From positions 191,332,001 through 191,396,000 of the forward strand of contig OX597814.1 of NCBI GenBank assembly GCA_951406725.2: DNA of 64,000 nucleotides, written 5' to 3'. Numbering within the stretch: the first letter of the stretch is position 1; every line of letters begins with the position of its first letter. Of this stretch, positions 40,657-54,196 are shown piece by piece. This DNA comes from Octopus vulgaris (Eukaryota). The notes under the pieces were generated by a model. The model made no database searches, was not told the origin of the DNA, and worked only from the letters and a program-made list of their open reading frames with translations. Both the position numbers and the translations under genes were made by a program.

Positions 40657-41308
40657 GAGTGAGAGAGCAGTTCATGCCATCAAAGTGACACTGGGGTAAA
40701 ATATACGAAGCCCAATATACCCATCATTACTACCCGTCTGATAAAGGTACACCAGGCACATGCATCACAACCATATTTGCGCGACATGGTGATCTCATAT
40801 CAAGATAAACAGCACATGACCTTGCAGGTGGGGCCCAGTTAGAATTTCCTTCAGGTTGAGTAGCCCATCCCGCTCAAACGGTCCCTGAATAAGGGTTGTT
40901 TAAGGATGTTGAAAGAACCACCCATGTTTCCAGAGGTGAATTATTCAAACCCCAAAGAATCCCTCTCAACACATGGCTATGATGCTCCCCCACTACTTCC
41001 GCTCGTGATCAGAGATGCACATATCGTCAGCCACTAAGGGACATGCTCAACTGGTTAAGGTCAAACAACTGACAAGCAAATCTGTGGTATTGAGCAGAAT
41101 ATTTGCTGTAGCCCATCTTTTATACCAAGACAAAACAATGTACATGATAACACTTCCAATCAGTTAAGATCAGAAGCCATGAGAGCCACTGCCTGGTACT
41201 GCATCAGGGCATTATTATTATTATTATTAAGTGAAAGAGCAGCGCATGCCATCAAAGTGACACTGGGGTACAATTACACGAAGCCCAATATACCCATCAT
41301 GACTACAC
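40657..41308 (-). mobile_element. (TAA)n-associated element, full copy (40657-41210) plus a truncated copy
   Basis: Same family; all junctions lie in (TAT)n. Confidence 0.85.
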
Positions 41309-41319
41309 ATTATTATTCG

Positions 41320-41660
41320 ATGAAAACTTACAGCATATTTTGCTGGATATGATGGAAAGAGTTAGCTGTCCACAGCCAGCAGACTAAGGTGGCACTTGTT
41401 TACTGGTCATGCTTCAAGAACTCTGAAGAATTCTTGCAGTTCCAAGCAATGCTGATTTTTGTTGGTGTTCTACCTTCACACTTGCACCAATCTTTTTCAG
41501 CCATGTTGGTGTTGAGTGCTGATACTTCCAAGTGCGCCAATTACTATTGGTATCACGTCTACTCTCCTCATTGACCACAACCTTCGTATTTCCCACTTCA
41601 AATCGTCGTGGCTGTTCAGTTTTTTCTCCTTCTTTCTCTTTGATCCTGTTGTCACCGGGA
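41320..41660 (-). mobile_element. R4/Dong-type REL fragment
   Basis: PGDNRIKEKE..DDLKWEIRRLWSMRRVDVIPIVIGALG...QKSALLGTARIL. Confidence 0.8.
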
Positions 41661-42130
41661 CGCGAATTTTTTTTCCCACGATAGTTTTGGACCCCAGTAA
41701 AGAACTCATTTGCATACAGCCAATCAGAGCTCACCATGACCTTTTGTCGAGTTAAGAAACATACTCAGCAAAGTAAACTCAAGACAAAGAACAGTGTCGT
41801 AAAGTCAACCGATCGCCAAGATATGCTTAATTTTAGGAGACAAGTAATTAGATAGATTTGCGTCTATACCTATTATCGGATTTTGTTAGGGCCCCATATG
41901 GTAAAGATGTTGATGGGAAAAATGTGGACAGAGGGTGATGTGCTAGCAACCCTCTCACCTTACTGTTTTACAAAGAAAACAACAACACAAATAACTACGC
42001 AGAGGCAGCCATGGTTGAAACAAGAACAAGAACAACAAGCATTATTAAAAGAGAAAAGAAGCATGGTCATTCCTTAACCAAGTGACCTTATCGTATCGCC
42101 CATCACTTGTTATGTACTCATAAATTAGTT

Positions 42131-42438
42131 TGATAGTTGAGCTCTGACTGGCTGTATGCAAATGAGTTCTTAACTGGGGTCCGGAACTCTCGTGGGAAAA
42201 AATTTCGCCACCGAGACATGCTATGTCGATTTTTGATAGTTGAGCTCTGACTGGCTGTATGCAAATGAGTTCTTAACTAGGGTCCGGAACTCTCGTGGAA
42301 AAAAATTTCGCCACCGAGACATGCTATGTCGATTTTTGATAGTTGAGCTCTGACTGGCTGTATGCAAATGAGTTCTTAACTAGGGTCCGGAACTCTCGTG
42401 GGAAAACAATTTCGCCACCGAGACATGCTATGTCGATT
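42131..42438. repeat. Three 103-bp tandem repeats with an inverted copy at ~41660-41735
   Basis: Units start at 42131, 42234 and 42337; each contains ATGCAAAT. Confidence 0.92.
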
Positions 42439-42689
42439 ATCATGCATCTTTCTTTTTTTATCCACCACAACAATGTTCGGTTTCCCTAGCCCTAACCTAA
42501 CCCTAATTATTTGCAAGTAAATCAGAAAGAAGAATATAAGATATATCCAGACTTCTCAACAAAGTTTTAAAATATCCATTTTGAGGAAAATTATATTGCA
42601 TCCCACAGGATTATTGACCGAAGTTACCGTGGTCTTTTCCGTAGGTTTTTCTTTCCACGGATAAACCTTATCTGTTTCCCTCTTTACAC

Positions 42690-42854
42690 TTTAAATCATG
42701 ACATTTCTGTGATACACGTGATCCCTATTGATCGTTTTTTTTTACGATCCCTTTTGATCGAAAACCTACCCTGCCTTTTTTTCCCTCAAAAAAGAATAGC
42801 TCTACTTTGTAATTTGTCCCCTGTGTTCAGCCCTGTATGGCTAATAAAGAAACA

Positions 42855-42932
<78 letters not shown>

Positions 42933-43007
42933 GCTAGCTAGCTAGCTAGCTATCTATCTATCTATCTACCCATCTATCCATCTATCCATCTATTGATCTA
43001 TCTATCG

Positions 43008-43078
<71 letters not shown>

Positions 43079-43079
43079 G

Positions 43080-43123
<44 letters not shown>

Positions 43124-43125
43124 GT
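42690..43125 (+). mobile_element. Retroelement 3' end with (TATC)n tail
   Basis: ...ggctaataaagaaaca(tatc)n; second copy at 26650-28120. Confidence 0.7.
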
Positions 43126-43419
43126 CAGTCTGTCTGTCTAATATATACATATAAATGCACGAGAGAAGGGGAACAGAGACAGAAGAGAGAGAGGGAGAGA
43201 GCGAGATAGGAAGAGAGAGAAAGAGAAAGCAGAAGATGAACAAAAGGCAAAAAAAAACAAAAAACAAACCAAAAAGTTGTTATAGGTAACCCGTGAACAT
43301 ATATATATATATATGCTGTAATTTTGTCTATGTTATTTCTTTAACATTATCTCTCTTCTCTTCTCGGGTAGTAAGCAAGGTGGAGCAAGCTTACCCTAAC
43401 CCATACACCCCCGACCCTC

Positions 43420-43577
43420 TGACGTCAGCGCAACTGGTTCCCAGAACCGCTGCCTGCTAGCCAGTGTTTCACTTTACTTTCAGCTGCAGCAGGACCGCAA
43501 TCGTTTCTGTTCTTTAAGTCGGCAGTAGTACGTTTTAATAGCATCTCTGCATCATCACTATGGCTTCCAAGGTAAAG
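43420..43577 (+). other. Candidate CRE plus short exon ending ATG GCT TCC AAG|gtaaag
   Basis: TGACGTCA at 43420-43427, acceptor-like tttactttcag, good Kozak actATGG at 43560, donor at 43572. Confidence 0.25.
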
Positions 43578-43850
43578 TGATAAAACAGTTTTTTTTTTTG
43601 TTTTTTTCCCTTTCATTTTTACGTCTATTTGTGTGTGTGTGTGTGTGTGTGTGTACTTATCTGTTCTTGTGTGCGTAGGTGTTCCCACCTCTCTCTCTCT
43701 CTCTGTCTCTCTCTCTCTCGCTCTGTGTATGTGTGGTGACATGTGCAAGATCTTACTATATTGTGTCTAACGACATGTCTGTTTGAACTTTGCCATTTCG
43801 TCCACTCAGAAATTAATTATTGGAAATAATATGAATATATATATATTTAC

Positions 43851-44658
<808 letters not shown>

Positions 44659-46308
44659 GAGATGAAGCAAAATATAAATAAGACAAATAAATGACATTGC
44701 AATGTTTATTTATGTTTGGCTGAGGACACCGAGACCAGATAAGAATATATTTTTGCTTCCTTTTTACACTGTCGCTTCAACGACACACTCTAGTTAAAGC
44801 GAGTTCACAATCTTTTTTCCAAAACGTCTCAGGAAAACTCACGAACTTCATAATATCTGTTTCCCCTTCTCCAATATATCCAAGCTGCTGCCAATCTATT
44901 TACGGAACCAGGCTTTCTCTAAGTGCTTCTCCACCCACCTGATGATGGCTGTTAATATTGCATTTCCCGCTGTTGAGTTTTTGACATTCCGCTACGTATG
45001 CAATTAAAGTTGCCTGCTACCTGTTTACTTTATCTCTCTGCTCACTTTAACCTTCACAATATATCATGAAGGTTAATACCAGATACCAGACATATTTAAA
45101 AAAGGGTATTTAAAGCGAGGGGACCGACCTTTATCAAGATTCTGTATTTGTTTCTTGGGGCTTGCTATAATGATGTTAACTCTCAGAAACAGGTAAAAAA
45201 AAAAAATGAATGTGTGATGTTCATTTGTTAAAAGTGCAGGTAAAGCGAAAATTGAAGCTGCATAGGTCGATGGTACTTTCTCCATAAAGTTTGTATGTGT
45301 CAACCGCTTAATATTTAAGCATCCTTATCAGACTCCAGACGAGTTTCTTGCGACTCGTTGCAAAGATGTTAACTCTTAGAAAAATCGGAAACGTGAATAT
45401 GTGATGTTGGTCCAATAACAACATAGATGAAAAGAAAATTAAAACAGTATTGGTATGCCGACGACCGCTTTGTTCAAAGTCTCCCTTGACCTCAAGTGAC
45501 CTGAACTCTTTACATGAACACCACCCTGTACTTAACTCCATGTCCCCCTACACGGCCTTGCTTTTTGCTTTTGAGCCAAAATTAACTAACTAACTAACTA
45601 ACTAACTTTCTCTGCAGAATTTGGAGTAGTTTAGCTTGAGTATGCGTCCCCTAGGGCAGCCCTTGATTTTTCCGCCCACCATCGGGTCCCCAAGCCTTTT
45701 CAGGCTTATGCAGCAGACTCCAAAGCACAGATACCATAAAAACGTCGCCCGAGGCCGACTGCCCTAGCTTCGCCTTGCCTGCCTCCTAGCTGTGTTACTG
45801 AGAGTTTGTTAGTGTCAACCGCTCAAGTGGGCGTCGTTCAGTACTTGCACCGTTTACTGCGATATTACAGTGAATAAGCAAGCACGCAAGATTCTTAGCT
45901 CAAGGAGATCAGGTGAACAAAAACAAGATGCTATAGGTATTTAAGAATGTTTTCAAGTGGCAGGAAGTAATTAAGACCCCCGCCCGAGCCTTAATTCTAC
46001 TTTACTCAGTTTCCACTATTTTTCATGGTAATATAGAGAAGATTAACGCTAAAGTGGTATCTTTACATAGCTTTATCAAAGCTAACACCTCAATCGATAT
46101 CCACGTACAAGTAAACCAGCCAACAAGGAAGCATCTGTGCAGACGCTCGATCTACAAGAAATAGCAACCAAATTCCTTCAAACGCACACGAGCTAACGAG
46201 AGACCTTTATGTAGTTGACGGATCAGTACTAGAAATAGCATGATACCCTAAAATCACAGTTTAACCTCTTTAAAAATGACAATATAAAGGTGGCGACAAT
46301 ATAAAAGT

Positions 46309-46700
46309 AGCACGCCGGGCGAAATGCCTAGCAGTATTTTGTCTGCCGCTACGTTCTGAGTTCAAATTCCGCCGAGGTCGACTTTGCCTTTCATTCTTTC
46401 GGGGTCGATTAAATAAGTACCAGTTACGCAGTGGGGTTGATATAATCGACTTAATCTCTTTGTCTGTCCTTGTTTGTCCCCTCTGTGTTTAGCCCCTTGT
46501 GGGCAGTAAAGAAATAGGTATTTCGTCTGCTGCTACGTTCTGAGTTCAAATTCCACCGAGGTCGACTTTGCCTTTCATCCTTTCGGGGTCAATAAATTAA
46601 GTACCAGTTGCGCACTGGGTCGATGTAATCGACTTAATCCCTTTGTCTGTCCTTGTTTGCCCCCTCTATGTGTAGCCCTTTGTGGGCAATAAAGAAATAA
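46309..46700 (+). mobile_element. SINE family B dimer
   Basis: Junction aaagaaataggtatttcgtc. Confidence 0.85.
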
Positions 46701-47231
46701 GATATATAAGAAACAAGATAGTTGTTCATGGGTGGAAGGCTTTTGATGTAAATCTGCCCATTAATGTGCAGACCTGGGTCAGATTTCATTGAGGAAGACT
46801 AGTAGACATTCATACACACAAGTCTCCCACTCCAAGCTATCAATGTTTGATATTTATTCAAGGGAAAGGTAAAGTCACTAACTTGAGCCGATACAGCTGG
46901 CACTAGTGTTGTTACAGGTGCTACTGTGAGAACACAAAGGACCAGGAAAGATACCGCAAAGCACCTCGCCCGGCACTTAAAACAGTTTTGCCGATCGACC
47001 GTCCTGAATTGGCAATTATTTTATTGACACCGAAAAGATGTAAGATATAGTTGCCACCGACCAATGAAGTCGGAACAAATACGGCAAAGCATTCTATCTA
47101 ACGCCCTAATGACTCTGCTTATTCGCTTGCTGACCTGGAGGTAAACAACAGGTAGGAACTTCTGATGAGTTCGAATTTAGCCGAAGTCAACTTTATATTT
47201 CATTCTTTCGGGGGTCTATAAAATAAGTACC

Positions 47232-47647
47232 TATTTCTTTACTACCCACAAGGGGCTAAACATAGAGGGGACAAACAAGTACAGACAAACAGATTATGTC
47301 GATTACATCGACCCCAGTGCGTAACTGGTACTTAATTTATCGACCCCGAAAGGATGAAAGGCAAAGTCGACCTCGGCGGAATTTGAACTCACAACGTAAC
47401 GGCAGACGAAATACCTATTTCTTTATTACCCACAAGGGGCTAAACACAGAGCGGACAAACAAGGACAGACATAGGTATTAAGTCGATTACATCGTCACCA
47501 GTGCGTAACTGGTACTTATTTAATCGACCCCGAATGGATGAAAGGCAAAGTCGACCTCGGCGGAATTTGAACTCAGAACGTAACGACAGACGAAATACCG
47601 CTAAGCATTTCGTCCGACGTGCTAACGTTTCTGCCAGCTCGCCGCCT
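47232..47647 (-). mobile_element. SINE family B dimer inserted into an older family-B copy
   Basis: TSD tctataaaataagtacc at 47215-47231 and 47649-47665. Confidence 0.85.
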
Positions 47648-49609
47648 TTCTATAAAATAAGTACCAGTGAAGCACCGGAGTCGATGTAATTGACTAACCC
47701 GTCCTCTTAAAAAACAAAACAAAAAAACTGCCAGCTTTGAGCCAAAATTAAAAAGAATTATTTTTTTGTTCTGATCGAGGTAGAATACGGAGAATTGTTG
47801 GGGCTTTGGAGAAAGAAAACAATGCCAAGTGGTATTTGTTCCAAATCTTTAGATCCTGAGTTCAAATACTGCCGTGGTCAATTTTGCCATTTCTCCTTTC
47901 GAGGTCGATAAAGTACCAGTGAAGTACGGGGGTGGATGATATCGCCTAACCTCCACTTCTCGAATTTGTTGGCCTTTTGCCAAACTCAGGAATCATTATT
48001 TATATCTCTGATATTCCGCTGAGGTCGACTTTACATTTCATCCTTTTGGGATAAATAAATAAGCACTAGTTGAACATTGGTGTTGTTAAAATCGACTTAA
48101 CCCCTCCCCTAAAGTCGCTGGCCTTGTACCAAAATTTGAAACCAATATCTATTTGCAGTAATGCAGCGAGGTGGCAGAATCATTAGCGCGTCGTGCAAAA
48201 TGCCTAGCGGCATTTCGTCCGTCTTTACGTTCTGAGTTCAAATTCTGCCGAGCTCGACTTTGCCTTTCATCCTTTCGGCGCCGATAAAATAAGTACCATC
48301 ACTTAATTTGCTGTTCTTGTGCCAAACTGAAATCAATATTTATATCTCTGATCTATTTGCTCATTAATCTCAATGCAATATTGGTGTACGTTCGAACTTA
48401 ATTAAAAAAGAAAGTAAATTCGGGTTAGATTTTCGAGTTTCCAAGACTAACACCATTAAGTCCAATGGTAAGCCTGGATTTTAATCTTGCTACTGACTTT
48501 ATAATACGTTCACCTTTCTTATTCAGTACTTCTTCCTAATTCATGTAATGTCTCTAAGCTTTAAATAGACTGGCTGATATTTTAAGACTATTATTACATA
48601 ACACTATTGTTTATTACCACTTTTCATGAAGTTAAAAATGCTACTTCTGGAAAGTGCCAATCCAAACTACTTTTATTAAGCTGTGTACTATACACATCCA
48701 CACCCACTCATTGCACCTGCTTTTCTTTCTCCAAAAATTCATATCGTATTTCACTTCCTTCCTACACTTCTGGTAGATGGCAAATTAGTAAAGTCGTTAG
48801 AAAAAATGGCGCCCGGTATTTATTGCAGCGCCTTTCGCTCGAAATTTGAACCCGACTGAGGTTCGCTTTAGCTTTTTATTCTTTTGATAAATAAAGTTTT
48901 AGAGTCTAGGGCAGTGGACTGGTAGTCTTTGTTCCGCTTCCTTGCGTTCTGAGTTCAAAACCTACCGTGGCTTTCTTGGCTAGTAGACTTAACTTGTCGC
49001 TCGGTTTAACGCTATCACCTAGCTCTTGAGTGCTTATAGCTGAGTCGACTCTGTTGTAAGCATTCAGGTAGGGTCTGCGAAGTGAAGTGCCTCCTCCGCT
49101 CTAGTCTCAGAGACCTATTAAAAGGTCAGAGCCACTGCCCCATCTCTCTTAAATAACTATCAAAATCTCTCCCTTACCAGACATTGTACAAGTTTTTTTA
49201 ATTTTTTTTTTTTACTAAAAGCGATCGATCTGTAGAAGTGAACATTGAACATAAACCACATTAAAATCACAAATACGACTGTCTCTTGGCAAGAGTTACC
49301 GACCTTTTCTATCTTTCTCAAAATAAATGATTGTTTCAAATTTTGGCACAACGCCAGCAACTATATTGACTCCGAAAGGATGAAAGACAAAGTCGACCTC
49401 GGTGGAATATGAACTCAGAACGCAAAGAGCCGGATGAAATGCCGCTAAACATTTTGTTCGATGCGCTAACTCTTCTACTAGCTCTCTGTCTTCCTCAGAC
49501 TAAATAATAAAGGAATTTTATCATAAAATTAATTAGGCATCATATTTTTGTTGTCTAATTCATGAGAAGGATTGATTCCAAAATATTGGTATTTGCTGTG
49601 AATCATTTA

Positions 49610-49985
49610 CGTGGCTGTGTGGTAAGTAGCTTGCTTACCAACCACATGGTTCTGGGTTCAGTCCCACTGCGTGGCACCTTGGGCAAGTGTCTTCTACTAT
49701 AGCCTCGGGCCGACCAAAGCCTTTTGAGTGGATTTGGTAGACGGAAACTGAAAGAAGCCCGTCGTATATATATATATGTGTGTGTGTGTGTGTTTGATGT
49801 TCCCCCAACATCGCTTGACAACCGATGCTGGTGTGTTTACGTCCCCGTAATTTAGCGGTTCGGCAAGAGAGACCGATTGAATAAGTGCTAGGCTTACAAA
49901 GAATAAGTTCTGGGGTCGACTGGCTCGACTAAAAGCGGTGCTCCAGCATGGCCGCAGTCAAATGACTGAAACAAATAAAAGAATA
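49610..49985 (+). mobile_element. SINE family A
   Basis: Match to family A. Confidence 0.88.
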
Positions 49986-50585
49986 TTCATACACATTCGC
50001 TATTGTAATCTTCAGATGTGGGCGATAAGCTTCGCAGTGTGGAAGCGAACTCCCAGCTGACTATGATTTGGTATCAATTCTCAGTTGTCCGTTGTACTTC
50101 ATATACATTTATATACATTATTAATGTCATTGAGAAATGCATGCCCGCCACATACTCCCACTGCATTTGTCTAGTGAATATAAAGTTAAAAAAAACAAGA
50201 GTTTTAAATATACGCGAACACTGTGATGAAGTTCATAATTCGGTTTCAATTCCCAGGTAGTAACACCTCACTGCGTCGATAATTCCCCCAAGAAAAGCAT
50301 GAACGTCACAACTTTAACATTATTGACCTCTCAAGGTTATGAAAGTTTGTAATGTTTGTTATAGATGAAAGTGAATCAGATGAGTTGCTCTATTTGACTA
50401 ACTTACGTTTCGGCTTTCAAAGTTGGTCTGATGTCAATTGGCTTTTTTCCTCTCAAGTTTCCATTTAAATAAAAACCAGAAATATACTGTGGTTAATTCA
50501 ACAGAATGTATTCACCTTGCTATATAAAGAAGTTTCCCTGTATGATGAAACGAAATTAATTCTAGAGGAAAGTTGAAAAAACGTG

Positions 50586-50950
50586 GGATCTTTTTGGTTT
50601 GAACGGCAGTTTTTTCTAGCGGTGTCGTATGAAATTGTCACCCATAATTATGACCCTAGAATCGATCTATTGCCTTTCAATCTCTTTTAGGGTTAGGGTT
50701 AGGGTTAGGGGTGGGGGAAGGGTATCTTTTTTTCTTCACAAATGTAAATAAACCCAATCTGTTTCTTAAATGAGGGACATATTCATACGGCACAGAATGC
50801 TTTTTAACTCAATAGACGTCACTGATTGGTTGAAATTGCAGAAATTGAAGGAAAAAAACAACAAATATCTTACAAACTATAGAATTTTCTCAATAAAGCT
50901 AAGAGAAAACGATGTTTTATAAACACATTCTACCAGTATACGAAAGATCC
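50586..50950. mobile_element. GGATCTTT-type MITE with deleted right subterminus
   Basis: TSD aaaacgtg/aaaacatg; internal (TTAGGG)3. Confidence 0.85.
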
Positions 50951-51396
50951 AAAACATGATATACTAAATAACTATATTATGAATAATAGTTACATTTCTG
51001 GATTCAATAAACTTCCATTTTTTTAATCTCCAGGTGTTGAAGAAATAGTAGAGCACCCAATACTTTTCTTAATCACGATTGGTTTTTATCTTTATTGATA
51101 AAATTTGATCCATTATCATACCAGGATCGATATTATTGATCTATACGCCAATAGTACAAACTAGGGTTTGCACTCACACTAAAAATATCAATACCTCAAG
51201 TTCAACTAAATATTTTTGTTAATAAATTAAATGTTAATTTTAAATTGAATAAAAGTTAAGACCATATAAGTGTTTTAATCAGGAAAACGGAAAGAAAATT
51301 CCAAACTAATTTTGATCACAGATACCAAAAGAACAATTATGGTCAATAAAATTGTTTGACTGCGGCCATGCTGAAGCACCACTTTAAGTAAAGACT

Positions 51397-51468
51397 AGGT
51401 TCTACCGAGACTTAAATTCGGATTGCTGGATTCAAAGTCCAGAGTGCTAACCATTATACCATAGAACC
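51397..51468 (-). pseudogene. trnQ-TTG: tRNA-Gln(TTG), probably a pseudogene
   Basis: GGTTCTATGGTATAATGGTTAGCACTCTGGACTTTGAATCCAGCAATCCGAATTTAAGTCTCGGTAGAACCT is a 72-nt eukaryotic tRNA-Gln. The B-box/T-loop GTTCAAAT is changed to ATTTAAGT. Confidence 0.8.
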
Positions 51469-52494
51469 ACTTCGATGTGAATACATTTTCAGAAAATCTG
51501 TTATACTCCGATAGGGGGTAAGATGTATACCCATGACGTCTAAACTGCCCCACTAACAATAATCAGCTTCACAGTTCTTACGAATTACATTTTATTAACA
51601 TATTTTTACAGGAAGAAAAGAAAGACAAAAAAATTTAAAGTATAAGAGATCAAATTACAGAGGCAACCCCCCACTCCCATAACTACCTCACCAAGAAAAC
51701 AAAGAAAAAGAAAAAAGAGGTGGGGGAGTAACGAGTAGTACACCCCAGAACAAATGGCGTGTTCAGCCGCGTCCCGCGGCTGTGACATAGATAACAGGGG
51801 AACAAGGGGAAGCGACCGCTACACACAGACACATTTTTCAAAACTGGCGTCTTTTCAACAATTGTTTTAGCACTTTAGTTCACTTGTACAAAGAAAGTCG
51901 AATCTCTTCTGTTTTGTTTTGTTTTTTTCGTTAATTGCACAGTCTTGGAAGAACTTTCTGGAGTCATTTCTTTATTTGACCAACCTCCCATGTATTTGGA
52001 TTGTCTGCACAATCTCCTGTAATGTGTTGGTGGCCGCTGACATTTGAAGAACCAGAACAAACCCTGACGTCATAAACTCTTGATACTGAACGAGCCCAGG
52101 AAGTTTCTTTTTCACGTCATACCTATATCAGTAGTTAAGTTTCACTCATAATAGCATTGTTACTGAAACATGAAATTAATGAATGTAAAATGCAATTACG
52201 TATATTATAACTACTTACCACACAGCCACTTTTTTTTGGAAGTATCGTACCTATTCTATCGGTTTCTTTTGTCAAACTGCTATATTATAAGGTCGTACAC
52301 AAACTAAAATCGGTTGTGAAGCGGAGGAGCGGGGGCAAATATAAACACAAAGCCATACACATTTATAAAAGAAAAAAAATATATATACTCACTTCAGGAA
52401 AGGAAAACACTGTATTTCGTGTAATGTCAGAGAAATGAGTTTAAAATTGCTTGGTATGTGTCACGGCGCCTTTTTTTTTTAATGTGCTCCTTCC

Positions 52495-52819
52495 CCCTTC
52501 TTCTTCTTCCAATCAGGACTCGCGCCATTAGCCACAAAGAATAATCTCTAATTCGAGTCTACTCTAAGCTTCTAAGAATGCGTGTGGCAACTTGAAGATC
52601 CACCCAACACACGCGATAGACTGGCGGTTGCACGGGCGCGAAAGCTACGTTGTTACCGGTGAAAGAGTACAGAGAGGTTCACCACCTCTCTCCGCCTGAG
52701 CCTCGTGGAGCTTAGGTGTTTTTGCTCAATAAACACTCACAATGCCCGGTCTGGGAATCGAAACCGCGTTCTTACGACCGCGAGTCCGCTGCCCTAACCA
52801 CTGGGCCATTGCGCCTCCA
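52495..52819 (-). mobile_element. tRNA-derived SINE (family C-like head) with (GAA)n tail
   Basis: ggaggcgcaatggcccagtggttagggcagcggac...ggtttcgattccc. Confidence 0.75.
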
Positions 52820-53370
52820 CTGGCGTTGCTGCAGTCGATGGCCAGCGACATTTACTGCAATAGCCACTGTCTTGAAGAAATCACTGGAAATGATCAGTGA
52901 AACAACACCACAAATATTTGCTTTCCATTTAGAACTTTCGGAAAACTTTAAAATGATTATGGCATTGTCTTCTCTCATAAGTTGAACAAAATCTACTGGT
53001 CGAGTTGTCAAAATGGCGGGATACCGTACGAATGTTCAGTACTTCGTATCCAGTTATCGTCACTGCGTTGGGTTGCAAGCAGAGAAGATCATGAGTTATT
53101 TGTATGGATTAACAGGTATATCGTGCAATCAAGTTCACTTTGCAATCATCGGGTTCTGTATTCGACTCCACTGCGCAGCACTGTGGATAAGTGTCGTCTG
53201 CTGTACCCTGGAAGTGTTAAATCAGCTGATCAGGGTACTTCAGTTCGAGCCTGTTCTCAATATAAGAATTACGTTGGCCAGCGTTGTGTCCTTTCTTTAG
53301 TTTGTGGGTTAACTTGTTCTCAGAAGAATAAGCAATAACTACTCCTACTCCTACTACTACTACTACCACC

Positions 53371-53426
<56 letters not shown>

Positions 53427-53446
53427 AGAATCATCAACAAAGTATT

Positions 53447-53677
53447 TATTTCTTTATTGCCCACAGGGGGCTAAACATAGAGGGGACAAACAAGGACAGA
53501 CAAGGGGATTAAGTCGATTAGATCGACTCCAGTGCGTAACTGGTACTTATTTAATCGACCCCGAAAGGATGAAAGGCAAAGTCGACCTCGGTGGAATTTG
53601 AACTCAGAACGTAACGGCAGACGAAATACGCTAAGCATTTCGCCCAGCGTGCTAACGTTTCTACCAGCTCGCCGCCT
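53447..53677 (-). mobile_element. SINE family B monomer
   Basis: TSD atcatca(a/g)caaagtatt. Confidence 0.88.
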
Positions 53678-54196
53678 TATCATCAGCAAAGTATTGATTG
53701 AAAAGAATAGATAGCATGGTGCCGTACGTTGCAGGTACCAAGGCCGCTAAGCATACAAGACTCCAGGAGTTCTGACAAAAGCTGAGTCAAAAGAATTTGT
53801 CAGTACCATTCTCTGTCGATAATTGCACTTTTTCGGCCCTCCCATCCTTTACCCAGTCGGCGGAACACCTAAAATGAAACAACTGGAAAGAAAGAGGGCT
53901 GTACTAGCACTTGGTCTGTATTCATTTCAAGAGAGTAGACTGGTGCTGTATGAAATGAAGTACTTTTCTACATTTCCCAAGGACACGACACGCCTCCTGA
54001 TTCAGAATCGAATTCACGATGTTTATGACCGTGAGTCAAACGTCTTAACTACCAAGCCAAACGCGTTCACAAGCAGGAACTAACGGCACTGTGTGTGTGT
54101 GTGTGTGTGTCTTTTATCTTTTACTTGTTTCAATCATTGAACTGCGGCCATGCTGGGGCAACGCATTGAAGAGTTTAGTTGAGCAAATCGCCCCAG

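Noticed and set aside
42131-42438. Tandem array as CRISPR
   Set aside because: No unique spacers, 103-bp unit, eukaryotic context and no cas genes.
45140-45470. Diverged ~190-bp direct duplication
   Set aside because: Similarity is visible but old; no coding or structural signal to interpret.
45590-45700. Strong branch point plus acceptor (ctaac)n-ttctctgcag
   Set aside because: Stops in all three frames within 25 nt; the ctaac motifs are a (CTAA)n microsatellite.
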